A stretch of DNA of 64,000 nt, from NCBI GenBank assembly GCA_963845535.1, contig CAWJSK010000021.1:86665-150664 (forward strand), in the 5' to 3' direction. The number at the start of each line of letters is the position of its first letter. Position 1 is the first letter of the stretch. The notes beneath the pieces were generated by a model, which saw only the letters and a list, made by a program, of their open reading frames with translations, had not been told where the DNA came from and searched no databases. Below are positions 10,683 to 20,840 of this stretch, in pieces. Source of the stretch: an uncultured Spirochaetota bacterium (lineage in GTDB: Bacteria > Spirochaetota > Spirochaetia > SZUA-6 > Fen-1364). The position numbers were made by a program, and so were the translations under genes.

Positions 10683-11510
10683 TCAACCTTTGACTGCGCC
10701 GGCCACCATGCCCTTGATGATGTGCCTCTGCAATATCAGGTAGAGAATGATGGCTGGCGTGATGGTGAGCAGCACGCCGGCCATGGCATTCTGCCATTCG
10801 ATCTTGTACAGGCCGAAGAAATTGTACGCCGCAAGCTGCAGCGTCTGCGACGTCTTGGATCCGCCCAGGATGAGAAGGGGCAAAAGAAAGTCGTTCCACA
10901 TCCACATGACGTTGATCACAATGACGGACACCGTCACGGGCTGCAGCAGGGGGAAGGTCACCTGGAAGAACGCCCGCAGCGGCCCCGCGCCGTCAATTGC
11001 CGCGCAGTCATCAAGCTCCGTGGGCACCGTCTTCACGAACCCGTGATACATGAAGAGGGAAAGCGGGACGCCCAGGCCCCAGTAGACCACGCCGAGCCCC
11101 CAGAGGGAGTTCGTGAGATGGAGCGTCTTGGCAACCTTCACGAGGGCAATCATGAACGAATGGAACGGGATCATCATGGGCGCGACGCAGAGAAGGAAAA
11201 CAAACCAGCTGATGCGCGTCTTTGTGCGGGAAAGCTTGAAGCCGGCAAGGGAAGCCAGGAGCACGACTCCCGCGGTACCCAGGCACGTCACCACGAGCGT
11301 GTTGACGAACAGGTTGGGGTAGCGCATGAGCGTGAAGGCGTTGGCAAAGTTCTCCCAGCGCAGCCGGGAGGGAAAAGCCATGACGTTTTCCATGATCTGG
11401 GCGAAGGTTTTCAGGGAATTGATGGCCACGAGGATCAGCGGATAGATGTACACGAGCGCAACAACGCCCATGAGAAGTGAAACTGCCAGGGCCCCGCGCG
11501 GCCGCCTCAT
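10683..11510 (-). CDS. Carbohydrate ABC transporter permease (MalG-like)
   Basis: TM segments, DCAAIDGA, WNDFLLPL, GMVAGAVKG. Confidence 0.9.
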   Translation of the reverse strand: MRRPRGALAVSLLMGVVALVYIYPLILVAINSLKTFAQIMENVMAFPSRLRWENFANAFTLMRYPNLFVNTLVVTCLGTAGVVLLASLAGFKLSRTKTRISWFVFLLCVAPMMIPFHSFMIALVKVAKTLHLTNSLWGLGVVYWGLGVPLSLFMYHGFVKTVPTELDDCAAIDGAGPLRAFFQVTFPLLQPVTVSVIVINVMWMWNDFLLPLLILGGSKTSQTLQLAAYNFFGLYKIEWQNAMAGVLLTITPAIILYLILQRHIIKGMVAGAVKG

Positions 11511-12401
11511 GCCTGCACCTCCCTGCGCTTGAAAGCGTTGAGCTGCGTCACGGTGACCACGAGGATCAGCAGGAAGAGCACGACGGACTTGGCTGATCCG
11601 TAGCCGAAGCGATCATCGCTGAATGCGGTCTTGTAGATGTCCAGGGCAATGCTCGTCGAGGCCGTCCCCGGACCGCCGAAGGTCAGGCTGAAAATGACGT
11701 CGAAGGTCTTCAGGGCGTTGGAAACAGAGTAGAAGACCGCCACCGTCACCGACGGGATGATCAAGGGAAGCGTGACTCGGAAAAACCGGCTCACCGGGCT
11801 GGTGCCGTCAATAACGGCCGCCTCCAGCAGCTCCCGGGGAACCGTCTGCAAGCCCGCGATGTAGATCACCAGGTAGAAGCCGATGGACTGCCACACAGAC
11901 ACCAGGACCACGCTGAAAGAACACGAGGTGCGGGTCCCCCAGCCAGCTGAGCTGGAAGATGCCCATGTGGGTGAGGGAGCCCAGAGAGTCGAACCCGCGG
12001 GAGAAAATGAACCGCCACACGTATCCAATGACGATGAGGCTGATGATGTTGGGGATGTAGAACGCCGCCCGCAGGACGTTTTTCCCGCGGATATTCGTGT
12101 CCAGGATCACCGCCAGGAAAAGGGCAATGGCGTTGATTGCCACGACGGTCACCACCGTGAAAACGATGGTGAAAGCCAGGGAGCTGCCGAACGCAGGGTC
12201 GGCTGTCAGGAGCTCCTTGTAGTTGGCAAGCCCAATGAACTTCGCCACTTTGTCCAGGCCGTTCCACTTCGTGAAGGAGTACGTGATGCTCATCAGGAAG
12301 GGGATTTCGACGAAGAGAAGGATGGCAATCACGGCGGGTGCCGTCATCCAAAGGAACTCGATGCCGCGCCTCACACGCGCCCTGCTGCGCCCAGCTGTCA
12401 T
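11507..12401 (-). CDS. Carbohydrate ABC transporter permease (MalF-like); frameshift near 11917
   Basis: ORF 11808..12401 supplies the N-terminus and ORF 11507..12028 the C-terminus (EAAVIDG); removing one T gives PHLVFFSVVLVSVWQ. Confidence 0.85.
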
Positions 12402-12422
12402 GAACCGCTCCTCTTACAAGAC

Positions 12423-12447
12423 GGCCGGGGAGCCGCGCTCCCCGGCC
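12423..12447 (-). other. Intercistronic stem-loop after the SBP gene
   Basis: GGCCGGGGAGC-cgc-GCTCCCCGGCC perfect 11-bp stem. Confidence 0.7.
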
Positions 12448-12467
12448 AACCGGATCTCACACGTCCA

Positions 12468-13697
12468 TTACTTGGAGGCGTTCACGATCTGCGTGTACTT
12501 CGCGTCAAGCGTGTCCAAGGTCTGCTGCCGATTGGTCTGCCCGGCGCAGTAGCCCTGGAGGATGATGCCGAGTCCCTGCTCCGTTCCGTTGGGGAACATC
12601 TGGTAGAACCAAGGGTAGCTGGGGACCTTGGCCGCAAGCAAGGCCGACGTGGCCTGGGCAAGCTCCGCCGCCGGAGCCTTGGCGCCGATGATGGGGGACA
12701 TCTGCTTGATCTTGCTCGGTATCCAGGCCTTTCCGTATTCAGACGTGGTCAGCCACTTCAGCCAGGAGAGGGCAAGCTCAACCTGCCCATCCTTGGCAAC
12801 CCTGATGGTCTGGTTGGAATCATACATGATCCCGGCGTCGTTCGCCGTCCCAGCCGTGGGCCCCCGGAGGAAACCGATGTCGATGTCCGGCGTGGTCTTT
12901 CGGATGGTGTCCTCAGCCCAGTTGCCCTGGTGGATGATGGCCGCTTTGCCGGTGGCAAGGGCGGAGCACTGGTCATTGAAATCCGACTCAAGGGGCTTGG
13001 GGCCGCCGTATTTCTTGATCAAGTCCAGCACGTCGAACACGGTGCTCATCCCCTTGATCTCCTTGAACGTGAGCGCCCCGCTGTTCAGCTTGTCCACCAT
13101 GCCGGCAAATCCGCCGTAGGCCTTGGCAGCGGGAGCAAGGACCTGCCACGCCGTCTGCGGAAGGACCCACCATTCCTTGTAGCCGGTGGCAAAGGGTTGG
13201 ATGCCGCGGGCTTGCAGCTTGCGCGCCACCGCCTCATATTCCCCCAGCGTGCGGGGAAGCATCTTGATGCCGGCCTCCGCAAAGATCTTTTTGTTGTAGA
13301 TGAAGGAGTGGGACTGCACCAGGAAGGGATAGCCGGTGATCCGACCGTTTACGGTGACCCCCGCCAGGGCAGAGGGCTCGATCAGCTTGATGAAATCCGC
13401 GTCGGTCAGGTCATACACGTAATCCTTGTAGGTCGCATTGTCCGCGTAGGCGCTGCTCATGAAGACATCAGGAATATCTCCGGAGTTGAGCTTCGACTTC
13501 AAAAGCGTCACGTAGTCAGCCTGGTTCACGGTGATGTCCAGGGTGTTCCCCGTCTCCGCCTGGTAGGCCTTGGCCATGTCGTTGTACTGGTCGGTGAGCT
13601 CAGGGCTGTAGAAGAACACTTTGAGTGTCTTGCCCTGGCCAACGACAAGCGCGGCGCACACGACGATGAACGCCGCAGCCAGAAGATATCTCTTCAT
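12468..13697 (-). CDS. Oligosaccharide ABC transporter substrate-binding protein (MsmE-like)
   Basis: AGGAGG RBS; signal peptide; LKSKLNSGDIPDVF, FIYNKKIFAEAGI, HQGNW. Confidence 0.88.
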   Translation of the reverse strand: MKRYLLAAAFIVVCAALVVGQGKTLKVFFYSPELTDQYNDMAKAYQAETGNTLDITVNQADYVTLLKSKLNSGDIPDVFMSSAYADNATYKDYVYDLTDADFIKLIEPSALAGVTVNGRITGYPFLVQSHSFIYNKKIFAEAGIKMLPRTLGEYEAVARKLQARGIQPFATGYKEWWVLPQTAWQVLAPAAKAYGGFAGMVDKLNSGALTFKEIKGMSTVFDVLDLIKKYGGPKPLESDFNDQCSALATGKAAIIHQGNWAEDTIRKTTPDIDIGFLRGPTAGTANDAGIMYDSNQTIRVAKDGQVELALSWLKWLTTSEYGKAWIPSKIKQMSPIIGAKAPAAELAQATSALLAAKVPSYPWFYQMFPNGTEQGLGIILQGYCAGQTNRQQTLDTLDAKYTQIVNASK

Positions 13698-13741
13698 TCC
13701 CTTCCTCCTTTTCGAGGTCTATTCACGGGCGGTCTGCCCGG

Positions 13742-13763
13742 ATATGATGTACGTTTATCATAT
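13742..13763. promoter_or_regulatory. Putative LacI-family operator
   Basis: ATATGATGTACGTTTATCATAT: CG-centred imperfect palindrome between the divergent SBP and LacI genes. Confidence 0.7.
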
Positions 13764-13813
13764 GACACTGGCGCTGTCAACAAGAAAGCTCATGGAATGA
13801 CGAGAGAGCTGGT

Positions 13814-14920
13814 ATGGGAATCACGCAGAAAGACATAGCAAAGGCGCTGCACCTCCCGCTGATCACGGTCCACCGGGCCCTCAACAGCTCCGGATACGTG
13901 TCAAAGGAGCTGAAGGGACGGATCCTCGAGTATGCCCGCGAGGTCCGCTATGTGCCCCACAAGGCCTCCCAGGTGCTCAAGCGAAACAAGGTCCGAAAAA
14001 TCGCGGTTTTCACTTCCACCCTTCCCCGCTATTTCTGGAACGACATCCGCACAGGCATCTCCACCGCAGCGGAGCAGATCCAGGCCCTGAACTACAGAGT
14101 GAACTATCACATGGTGGCGGAGCGGGATTCGAAGCAGTACCTCCAGCTCCTGGAGGAAGAAATCCGTGATGGCGTGGAGGCGGTTGCGTTCGTCAACCAG
14201 TGGATCTACAGAATGGATGAGATCATTTCCCGTATTACGCGCGCAAAAATCCCTTATGTGACGCTGAACGTGGACGCCCCGGAAAGCCAGAGGATCTGCT
14301 ATGTCGGTCCTGATTATCGAGCCGGCGGCGGGCTGGCGGGGGAGTACATCGGAAAAGCCCTCCAGTTCAAGCGCAGCCCGCGCGTGCTTGTGCTTACCAC
14401 CCTGCCTGACAGCCGCGTCATCCTGCGCGCGCCGGACATCAACAAGCTGAGGTTCGAGGGCTTCCGGGAAGTCATCGAAAAGCGCTTTCCCGAGGTTTCC
14501 CATGAAGCGGCCTTCATCACCAAGGGGATCAACTCCCGCGAGGCGGAGCAGGAGATATCGGGCTTGCTTGCGGAAAAGAACGAGGAGTTCGACGCGGTCT
14601 ACCTGATTGCCGCGTACAACGCGCCGTTCATCAGGGCGCTGGAGCAGACGGCTGGCGCCCGACGCGTGGTCGTTCTTCACGACCTCGACTCCTCATCGAA
14701 TCACCTGCTGGAGAAGGATCTCCTGACCGCGGTCATCTACCAGAACCCCATCCTCCAGGGCTACTACACGGTGAGGATACTGGAAAACCTCCTCGAGTCA
14801 GGGCACCCGCCCGATGTACGGGAGATAACAATCGTTCACAGCCTGGTTCTCAACGAGAACAAGGACCTTTCAAGGAATCATCTGTTCTTTGCGCGGGTCC
14901 AAGAGGGCTTGAAACAGTAG
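13814..14920 (+). CDS. LacI-family transcriptional regulator
   Basis: N-terminal HTH ITQKDIAKAL...TVHRALN; periplasmic-binding-protein-like sensor domain. Confidence 0.88.
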   Translation: MGITQKDIAKALHLPLITVHRALNSSGYVSKELKGRILEYAREVRYVPHKASQVLKRNKVRKIAVFTSTLPRYFWNDIRTGISTAAEQIQALNYRVNYHMVAERDSKQYLQLLEEEIRDGVEAVAFVNQWIYRMDEIISRITRAKIPYVTLNVDAPESQRICYVGPDYRAGGGLAGEYIGKALQFKRSPRVLVLTTLPDSRVILRAPDINKLRFEGFREVIEKRFPEVSHEAAFITKGINSREAEQEISGLLAEKNEEFDAVYLIAAYNAPFIRALEQTAGARRVVVLHDLDSSSNHLLEKDLLTAVIYQNPILQGYYTVRILENLLESGHPPDVREITIVHSLVLNENKDLSRNHLFFARVQEGLKQ

Positions 14921-14986
14921 GAGCAGCCCGGCGCGCCGTGGGCCTGGCGTCAACGCAGTCCCGCCGCGCGGATGGCCCCTAATTTC

Positions 14987-15016
14987 TTGACAATACCTGA
15001 CAAAAATAGTCATATA
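14987..15016 (+). promoter_or_regulatory. Sigma70-type promoter overlapped by a Fur-box-like 7-1-7 repeat
   Basis: TTGACA at 14987; TGACAAA-A-ATAGTCA at 14998-15012 (each half 5/7 to TGATAAT); AT-rich patch directly upstream of the iron permease. Confidence 0.5.
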
Positions 15017-15021
15017 AAGAA

Positions 15022-16852
15022 ATGAGATTTAGATCCGGCAGGTCGCCTCTCGCCCCGGTTTTTTTGGCGGCATTTCTTGCCTTCGGAGGCACGGGGTGGG
15101 CGCAGGCCGCTTCCTCCACCCAGACGAATGCCCTGACGAAGGTCGACGCGCTGCTCCTCCCCCTCGAGCAATCGTACGTCCAGGCATCCCTTGGCGAGTG
15201 GAAGCGGTCCCTTGACCTGCTGGAACAGTTCTCCATGCGTTGGCACATGCAGAACCCGCCCTCCTCCTCCGCCTCGTCGCGCTCGGTGGAAGCTGCCCTC
15301 AACGCTTCTGCTCGCGCGCTCCTCTCGGCGCAGGCAGCGCCGGCCGGCGTGACGCAGGCTCTCTCTGATCTTGGCAAGACTCTCTCTGACAACCTTTCGG
15401 CCGGATGGGGCGGGGAGCAGGCGAGCCCGCAGTTCTTCACGGCCCTGTCCACTATCGCGGCGGGAAGCCTCGACTCCACGCAGGACACGCGGCCGGCCCG
15501 GGCGGCAACGCAGGTCCAGCTTTTCGATGCGCTCTGGGGCGTGGCGGAGAACGCCGTGCATGAGAAAGACCTTGCCTCTTATGCGCGGATCGAAGCCGGG
15601 ATCGACAACTCTCTTTCGGCGCTGAAGGCCCAGCCCGCGGACATACCCGCGGCAAGGGCCGCTCTGACGGATCTCCTTTCCGTGGTGCAAACGCGGGCAA
15701 ACGGGACGGCCGTGGCGGCTTCCACGCCCGCGCCGGGCGCCATGCCGGGCGTGCCCGATCTTCTGCGGTTGCTTTCCGAAACGAACACGGCTCTCGGCTC
15801 AGGGAATCCGCGGGGAGCCCTCACCACAATGCAGCAGTTCATCGCTGCCTGGCCGCTTGCCGAGGGTGAGGTGAAGGCCAGGTCGCAGGCGGCGTATTCG
15901 CAGGTCGAGAACGAAATGACCGAGGCAGGCGGGCTTCTCCTCTCTGGACCGGCCGGACGCGCGCGGGCCGCCCAGGTCCTTGCGGAAATGACGAGCCAGC
16001 TTTCCGGGCTTGGTCAGATGACCAGCTACACCGCATGGGATGCCGGGATGATCCTGCTGCGCGAGGGGATGGAAGCCTTGCTCGTTCTTGCGGCGCTGCT
16101 TGCCATGTTGAGGAAGGCGGGCGGCAAACAGAGAGAGGTCTGGGTGTGGACGGGAGCAGGCTCGGGCCTGGTGTTGAGCGGCATCCTGGCCGTCATCCTC
16201 GGATTCGTGATCTCCGCCGCGGCCGCGGGAAGCGCGCGCGAGCAGCTGGAGGGCTTCGTCGGCCTGGCGTCGGTGGCCTTGATGGTGACAGTGGGCGCCT
16301 GGCTGCATCGCCGGGGCAGCCTCCAATCATGGAACGCATTCATCAAGAACAAGGTGGGCGGCGCCCTGGCCACGGGGAGCATGTGGTCGATCTTCGCCCT
16401 TGCCCTCCTGGCCGTCCTCAGGGAAGGCGCTGAATCAGTTGTCTTCTATATCGGGATCGCGCCAGCGATCTCCCTTGCCAGGCTCCTCCTCGGAATTGGC
16501 GGGGCGCTTTTCATCCTGATCGTCATCGGGTACCTCATCATCCGCTTCAGTGTGCGCCTGCCCCTGCACTGGTTCTTTCTTGTCGCCACGCTCCTGATCT
16601 ATTACCTCGCGTTCAAGATTCGCCGGAGAAAGCATCCATTCGCTGCAAATCGTCGGCGTTCTTCCCAGCCATTCCCTGGCCAGGCTGCCCTCACCGGGGT
16701 TCCTCGGCATGTACCCGACCTGGGAGACGTTCGGCCCGCAGATGGCCGTGCTCCTGTACGTGCTGGCGGAGCTGCTGTTCACGGAGGTGCGCCGCATCGT
16801 CATCAGACGCGCGGCGGCACGGGAAAGGGCGGCAGGCGCCCCAACGGTGTAG
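15022..16852 (+). CDS. FTR1/EfeU family iron permease with large N-terminal extracytoplasmic domain; frameshift near 16620
   Basis: Two REGxE motifs (LLREGMEA, VLREGAES); removing one base at about 16620 gives FKIAGESIHSLQIVG...GMYPTWET ending at TAG 16852. Confidence 0.85.
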
Positions 16853-16879
16853 AACCCGCGCCACGCAGGCTCATTTTCC

Positions 16880-16909
16880 TTGACACCGCCGCCAGCGGGA
16901 GACTATAAC
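16880..16909 (+). promoter_or_regulatory. Sigma70-type promoter of the liv operon
   Basis: TTGACA-18 nt-TATAAC upstream of an AGGAGG RBS. Confidence 0.65.
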
Positions 16910-16951
16910 TTCCGTATATTTTTTCATTCCGTGCATAAGGAGGAAACCGCC

Positions 16952-18103
16952 GTGAAACGCATCCTTGCGCTTGCAAGCGCGCTTGTCATCGTCTGTGCCG
17001 TGGCCGGGTCCGCCGCAGACAACAAGCCGCCGGTCCTGATCGGTCTGCAAGGGCCCATCACCGGGGCATGGGCATACGAGGGCCAGATGGCCAAGCAGGC
17101 CACGCAGATTGCCGCTGAGCTGATCAACCAGAAGGGCGGCATCCTGGGCGGCAGGATGATTCAGATCATTGCGGAGGATGACGCCGGGGAGCCGCAGACG
17201 GGCGCCCTTGCCGCCACGAAGCTGGCCGGACAGAAAGGATTGTCCGCTTCCATTTCCTCCTACGGCTCTTCGATCACCGAGCCCGCCTCCAACATCTACG
17301 AGAAGCACCACATCGTGAACATCGCCTACGGCGCCACTGCGGTGCGACTGAGCGAGCGCGGCCTGAAGTACTTCTTCCGCACCTGCGGCCGTGACGACTC
17401 CCAGGGGAAGTTCTTCGCCGACTACGTCCCCCAGAAGTTCGGCGCGCGCAGGATCGCCATCATGCATGACAACACCGCTTTCGGCAAAGGCCTCGCGGAA
17501 AACACCCGTGACGCGCTGAAGCCGCAGGTGGATGCCGGCAAGATCCAGATCGTCTATTACGACGCCATCACCCCGGGTGAGAAGGATTTCCACGTTCCCC
17601 TCACCAAGATGCGTGAGACCAAGCCGGACGTCTGGTACTACACCGGCTATTACGCCGAGGCGGCGCTCCTTGTCACCCAGGCCCGTGAGATCGGGATCAC
17701 GTGCCCGTTCGTGGGCGGCAACGCGGCCATCAACGACGAGTTCGTGAAGATCGCCGGCCTTCCCATCGCAAAAGGCTGCTACATGACCAACGAGCCCCTG
17801 CCGGCGGATCTCCCGACCAAGGAAGCGGCGGATTTCCTCAAGGCCTACAAGGACAAGTTCGGGGACATCCCCTCCAGCCCCTGGCCCGTCTACGCCGCTG
17901 ACGCGGTGAACATCATCGCGTATGCAGTGGACAAGACCGGCTCCACGGACGGCGCGGTGCTGGCGGACTTCCTCCGCACAAAGGTGAACGGCGTTCCGGG
18001 AATCACCGGCAAGATCGGGTTCACGGAGAAAGGAGACCGGGAGGGCGTTCCCATGTTCCTCTACGTGGTGGATGGCCAGGGGAAGATCGTCATCTCCAAG
18101 TAG
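16952..18103 (+). CDS. livK: Branched-chain amino acid-type ABC transporter substrate-binding protein
   Basis: AAGGAGG RBS plus GTG; signal peptide; GPITG, INQKGGILGG, EDDAGEP, FFRTCGRDDSQG. Confidence 0.85.
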   Translation: MKRILALASALVIVCAVAGSAADNKPPVLIGLQGPITGAWAYEGQMAKQATQIAAELINQKGGILGGRMIQIIAEDDAGEPQTGALAATKLAGQKGLSASISSYGSSITEPASNIYEKHHIVNIAYGATAVRLSERGLKYFFRTCGRDDSQGKFFADYVPQKFGARRIAIMHDNTAFGKGLAENTRDALKPQVDAGKIQIVYYDAITPGEKDFHVPLTKMRETKPDVWYYTGYYAEAALLVTQAREIGITCPFVGGNAAINDEFVKIAGLPIAKGCYMTNEPLPADLPTKEAADFLKAYKDKFGDIPSSPWPVYAADAVNIIAYAVDKTGSTDGAVLADFLRTKVNGVPGITGKIGFTEKGDREGVPMFLYVVDGQGKIVISK

Positions 18104-18112
18104 TCCTTCGTC

Positions 18113-19024
18113 ATGCGGGTGTTTCTTGAGCAGTTGATCAACGGGCTGACGATCGGGTCGTTCTACGGCCTGATCGCGCTGGGCTACTCCATGGTGTACG
18201 GGGTGCTCAAGCTGATCAACTTTGCTCATGGCGACTTTTTCACTTTGGGCTCGTACCTGGGCTACACGATGCTCGTGTTCGGCGCGGGCTTCGTGACGAC
18301 CCACCTGGGCTTGTGGGGCGGCCTTGCGGTCACGGTGATCGTGGCCGCCCTCTGTCTTGCGGTGGTCGGCGTGGTGGTGGAGCGCGTGGCGTATCGGCCC
18401 ATCTACCCTGCGGGCCGGCTGCCCGCTGTCGTGTCCGCTCTCGGGGCTTCGATCATCCTCCAGAACCTCATCATGATAATCTGGGGACCGCGCTACCAGG
18501 CGTATCCCGCCGCGCTGATACCGAACTTCCGCATCCACGTCGGGGACCTGAACCTGACCGGGCTGCAGCTTCTGATCCTCTGCGTTTCTTTTGCTTTGAT
18601 GGCCGCGCTGTATTTCGTGATCCAGAAGACCACGTGGGGAGCGGCCGTTCGCGCAACGGCCCTGGACCGTGACACGGCAGCGCTCATGGGGATCAACTTC
18701 AAGAAGGTGATCCGCTTCATCTTCACTCTGGGCCCCGCCCTCGGCGCCCTCACCGGCGTCATGGTGGGCATGTACTACCGCCAGATCAGCTTCACGATGG
18801 GCTGGAACTACGGCTTGAAGGCTTTCACGGCAACCATCCTGGGAGGGATCGGGAACCTCCCGGGGGCCATGTTCGGCGGCCTCATCCTCGGCGTGCTGGA
18901 GATGCTGGGGAGCGCATACGTTTCCACCGCGTGGAAGGACGTCTTCGTCTTCCTCATCCTGATTCTCGTACTGATATTCCGGCCCAACGGACTCTTCGGC
19001 GAGAAGACCGCAGAGAAGGTATGA
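18113..19024 (+). CDS. livH: Branched-chain amino acid ABC permease
   Basis: QLINGLTIGSFYGLIALGYSMVYGVLKLINFAHG; LGGIGNLPGA. Confidence 0.92.
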   Translation: MRVFLEQLINGLTIGSFYGLIALGYSMVYGVLKLINFAHGDFFTLGSYLGYTMLVFGAGFVTTHLGLWGGLAVTVIVAALCLAVVGVVVERVAYRPIYPAGRLPAVVSALGASIILQNLIMIIWGPRYQAYPAALIPNFRIHVGDLNLTGLQLLILCVSFALMAALYFVIQKTTWGAAVRATALDRDTAALMGINFKKVIRFIFTLGPALGALTGVMVGMYYRQISFTMGWNYGLKAFTATILGGIGNLPGAMFGGLILGVLEMLGSAYVSTAWKDVFVFLILILVLIFRPNGLFGEKTAEKV

Positions 19025-20023
19025 ATGCCGGCGAACCTCCTGCCGCGTAAGAGCGTTTCTTCCTACGCGAAGGCTGCCGCGCTTCCGCTGGCCCTTCTGG
19101 CGGTCATAGCATTTCCATTCTTCGCAAGCGACTACCTCCTGGATGTCGCGTTCTTCTTCGGCGTCTACGTTCTGCTCGGCCTCAGCCTCAACATCGTTCT
19201 GGGAGAGGTGGGCCTGTACGACCTGGGCCATGCGGGGTTCTACGCAATCGGCGCCTACACCACGGCGGTCCTCAACACGAGGTTTGGGATCCCGGTGCTG
19301 ATCCTCCTCCCGGTGAGCGCGCTGGCGGCGGGCCTGTTTGCGTACCTCGTCACTTCCCCGATCATTCACCTGCGCGGGGATTACCTGTGCATCGTGACCA
19401 TCGGCGTGGGGGAGATTGTCCGCCTTGCGCTGATCAACAACCCCCTGGGACTCACCGGCGGACCCAACGGCGTGTACGGGATCGATTCACCCACCCTGGG
19501 CTTCCTGAAGCTCGACTCATCGGCCGGGTATTATGCCCTTATCTGGATCGTCGTGGCGCTGGCCGTCATGGCGCTCTTTCGGATCCAGAGCTCGCGCATC
19601 GGCCGGGCCTGGAACTGCATCCGGGAGGACGAGGTGGCCGCGCAGGCAACGGGGATCAACGTGCGCGCGTACAAGCTGCTCGCCTTCGTGCTGGGCGCCG
19701 CGCTGGCGGGGGTGGCCGGGAACCTGTACGCCGTCAAGCTCATGGTGGTCTCCCCGGAGAGCTTCACGTTCTGGGAGTCCTGCCTCATGTTCAGCATCGT
19801 GCTGATCGGCGGGATGGGCTCGGTGCCCGGGGTCATCATTGGCGCCGCGGCCATCAGCCTGTTCCCCGAGATATTCCGATCCTTCGCAAGCTACCGCATG
19901 GTGATCTTCGGCGTTGTCATGATCCTCATGATGATGTTCCGGCCCGGCGGAGTCTGGCCGCGCAGGCGCGGCGGCACCGAGGCGCAGGACCTCCTTCGGC
20001 GGCTGCGGAGATCCCATGGGTGA
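19025..20023 (+). CDS. livM: Branched-chain amino acid ABC permease
   Basis: LGHAGFYAIGAY, LRGDYL, TGGPNG, IREDEVAA. Confidence 0.92.
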   Translation: MPANLLPRKSVSSYAKAAALPLALLAVIAFPFFASDYLLDVAFFFGVYVLLGLSLNIVLGEVGLYDLGHAGFYAIGAYTTAVLNTRFGIPVLILLPVSALAAGLFAYLVTSPIIHLRGDYLCIVTIGVGEIVRLALINNPLGLTGGPNGVYGIDSPTLGFLKLDSSAGYYALIWIVVALAVMALFRIQSSRIGRAWNCIREDEVAAQATGINVRAYKLLAFVLGAALAGVAGNLYAVKLMVVSPESFTFWESCLMFSIVLIGGMGSVPGVIIGAAAISLFPEIFRSFASYRMVIFGVVMILMMMFRPGGVWPRRRGGTEAQDLLRRLRRSHG

Positions 20024-20840
20024 CCCAGTGGCCGCGCCCGCTGGCGCCCTGCCGGCTGGCGCCATGAAGAACGCCGAAATAGTCCTGGAAACCGTGGGGC
20101 TCACGAAAACCTTCGGCGGGCTCACTGCAGTGGACTCGCTGGACCTGCGGGTGCACCGCGGCGAGATATCGAGCCTGATCGGCCCCAACGGCGCTGGAAA
20201 GACCACCGTGTTCAACGTAGTCACGGGAATCTACCGGCCAGAAGGCGGAGCGGTGCTTTTCCAGGGTGAGGACATCACCGGGAGAAGGCCCCACAGGATC
20301 GTGGAGCGGGGGATCGCCCGCACGTTCCAGAACATCCGCCTCTTCGCCAACCTCACGTGCCTGGAGAACGTGATGGCGGGCAGGCACGCACGGACGCGAA
20401 GCGGCCTTGGCGCCGCGCTCTTTCGGCCCAAGTCCCAGGTGGAGGAGGAGAAGGAGACGCGACGCCTTGCCGAGGAACGGCTCTCCCAGGTCGGCTTGTG
20501 GGAGTCACGCCATGAGCTTGCGCGCAACATAGCCTACGGCCGGCAGCGGATGCTGGAGATCGCGCGGGCGCTTGCCACGTCCCCTCGGCTCATTGTTCTG
20601 GACGAACCCTCCAGCGGCCTGAACCCGAGCGAGACGGGGGACTTGATGGAGCTCATCAAACGGATCATCAGGGACGAACATTTGACCATCCTCCTGATCG
20701 AGCATGACATGAACGTTGTGATGGGGATCTCGGACTGGGTCACCGTCATGGACGGCGGGCGCAAGATCGCCGAAGGCCACCCCCGCCAGATCTACCATGA
20801 TCCCCGGGTCATCGAAGCGTACCTCGGCGGGGGGACGTGA
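20016..20840 (+). CDS. livG: Branched-chain amino acid ABC ATP-binding protein
   Basis: FGGLTAV, GPNGAGKTT, ARTFQNIRLF, IEHDM, VIEAYLG. Confidence 0.92.
   Translation: MGDPVAAPAGALPAGAMKNAEIVLETVGLTKTFGGLTAVDSLDLRVHRGEISSLIGPNGAGKTTVFNVVTGIYRPEGGAVLFQGEDITGRRPHRIVERGIARTFQNIRLFANLTCLENVMAGRHARTRSGLGAALFRPKSQVEEEKETRRLAEERLSQVGLWESRHELARNIAYGRQRMLEIARALATSPRLIVLDEPSSGLNPSETGDLMELIKRIIRDEHLTILLIEHDMNVVMGISDWVTVMDGGRKIAEGHPRQIYHDPRVIEAYLGGGT

Noticed and set aside
16871..19369. 832-aa minus-strand ORF and other long antisense ORFs (e.g. 11883-13838, 9090-10568, 35696-37234)
   Set aside because: Shadow ORFs of well-supported genes on the opposite strand, expected in high-GC DNA; no recognisable motifs.
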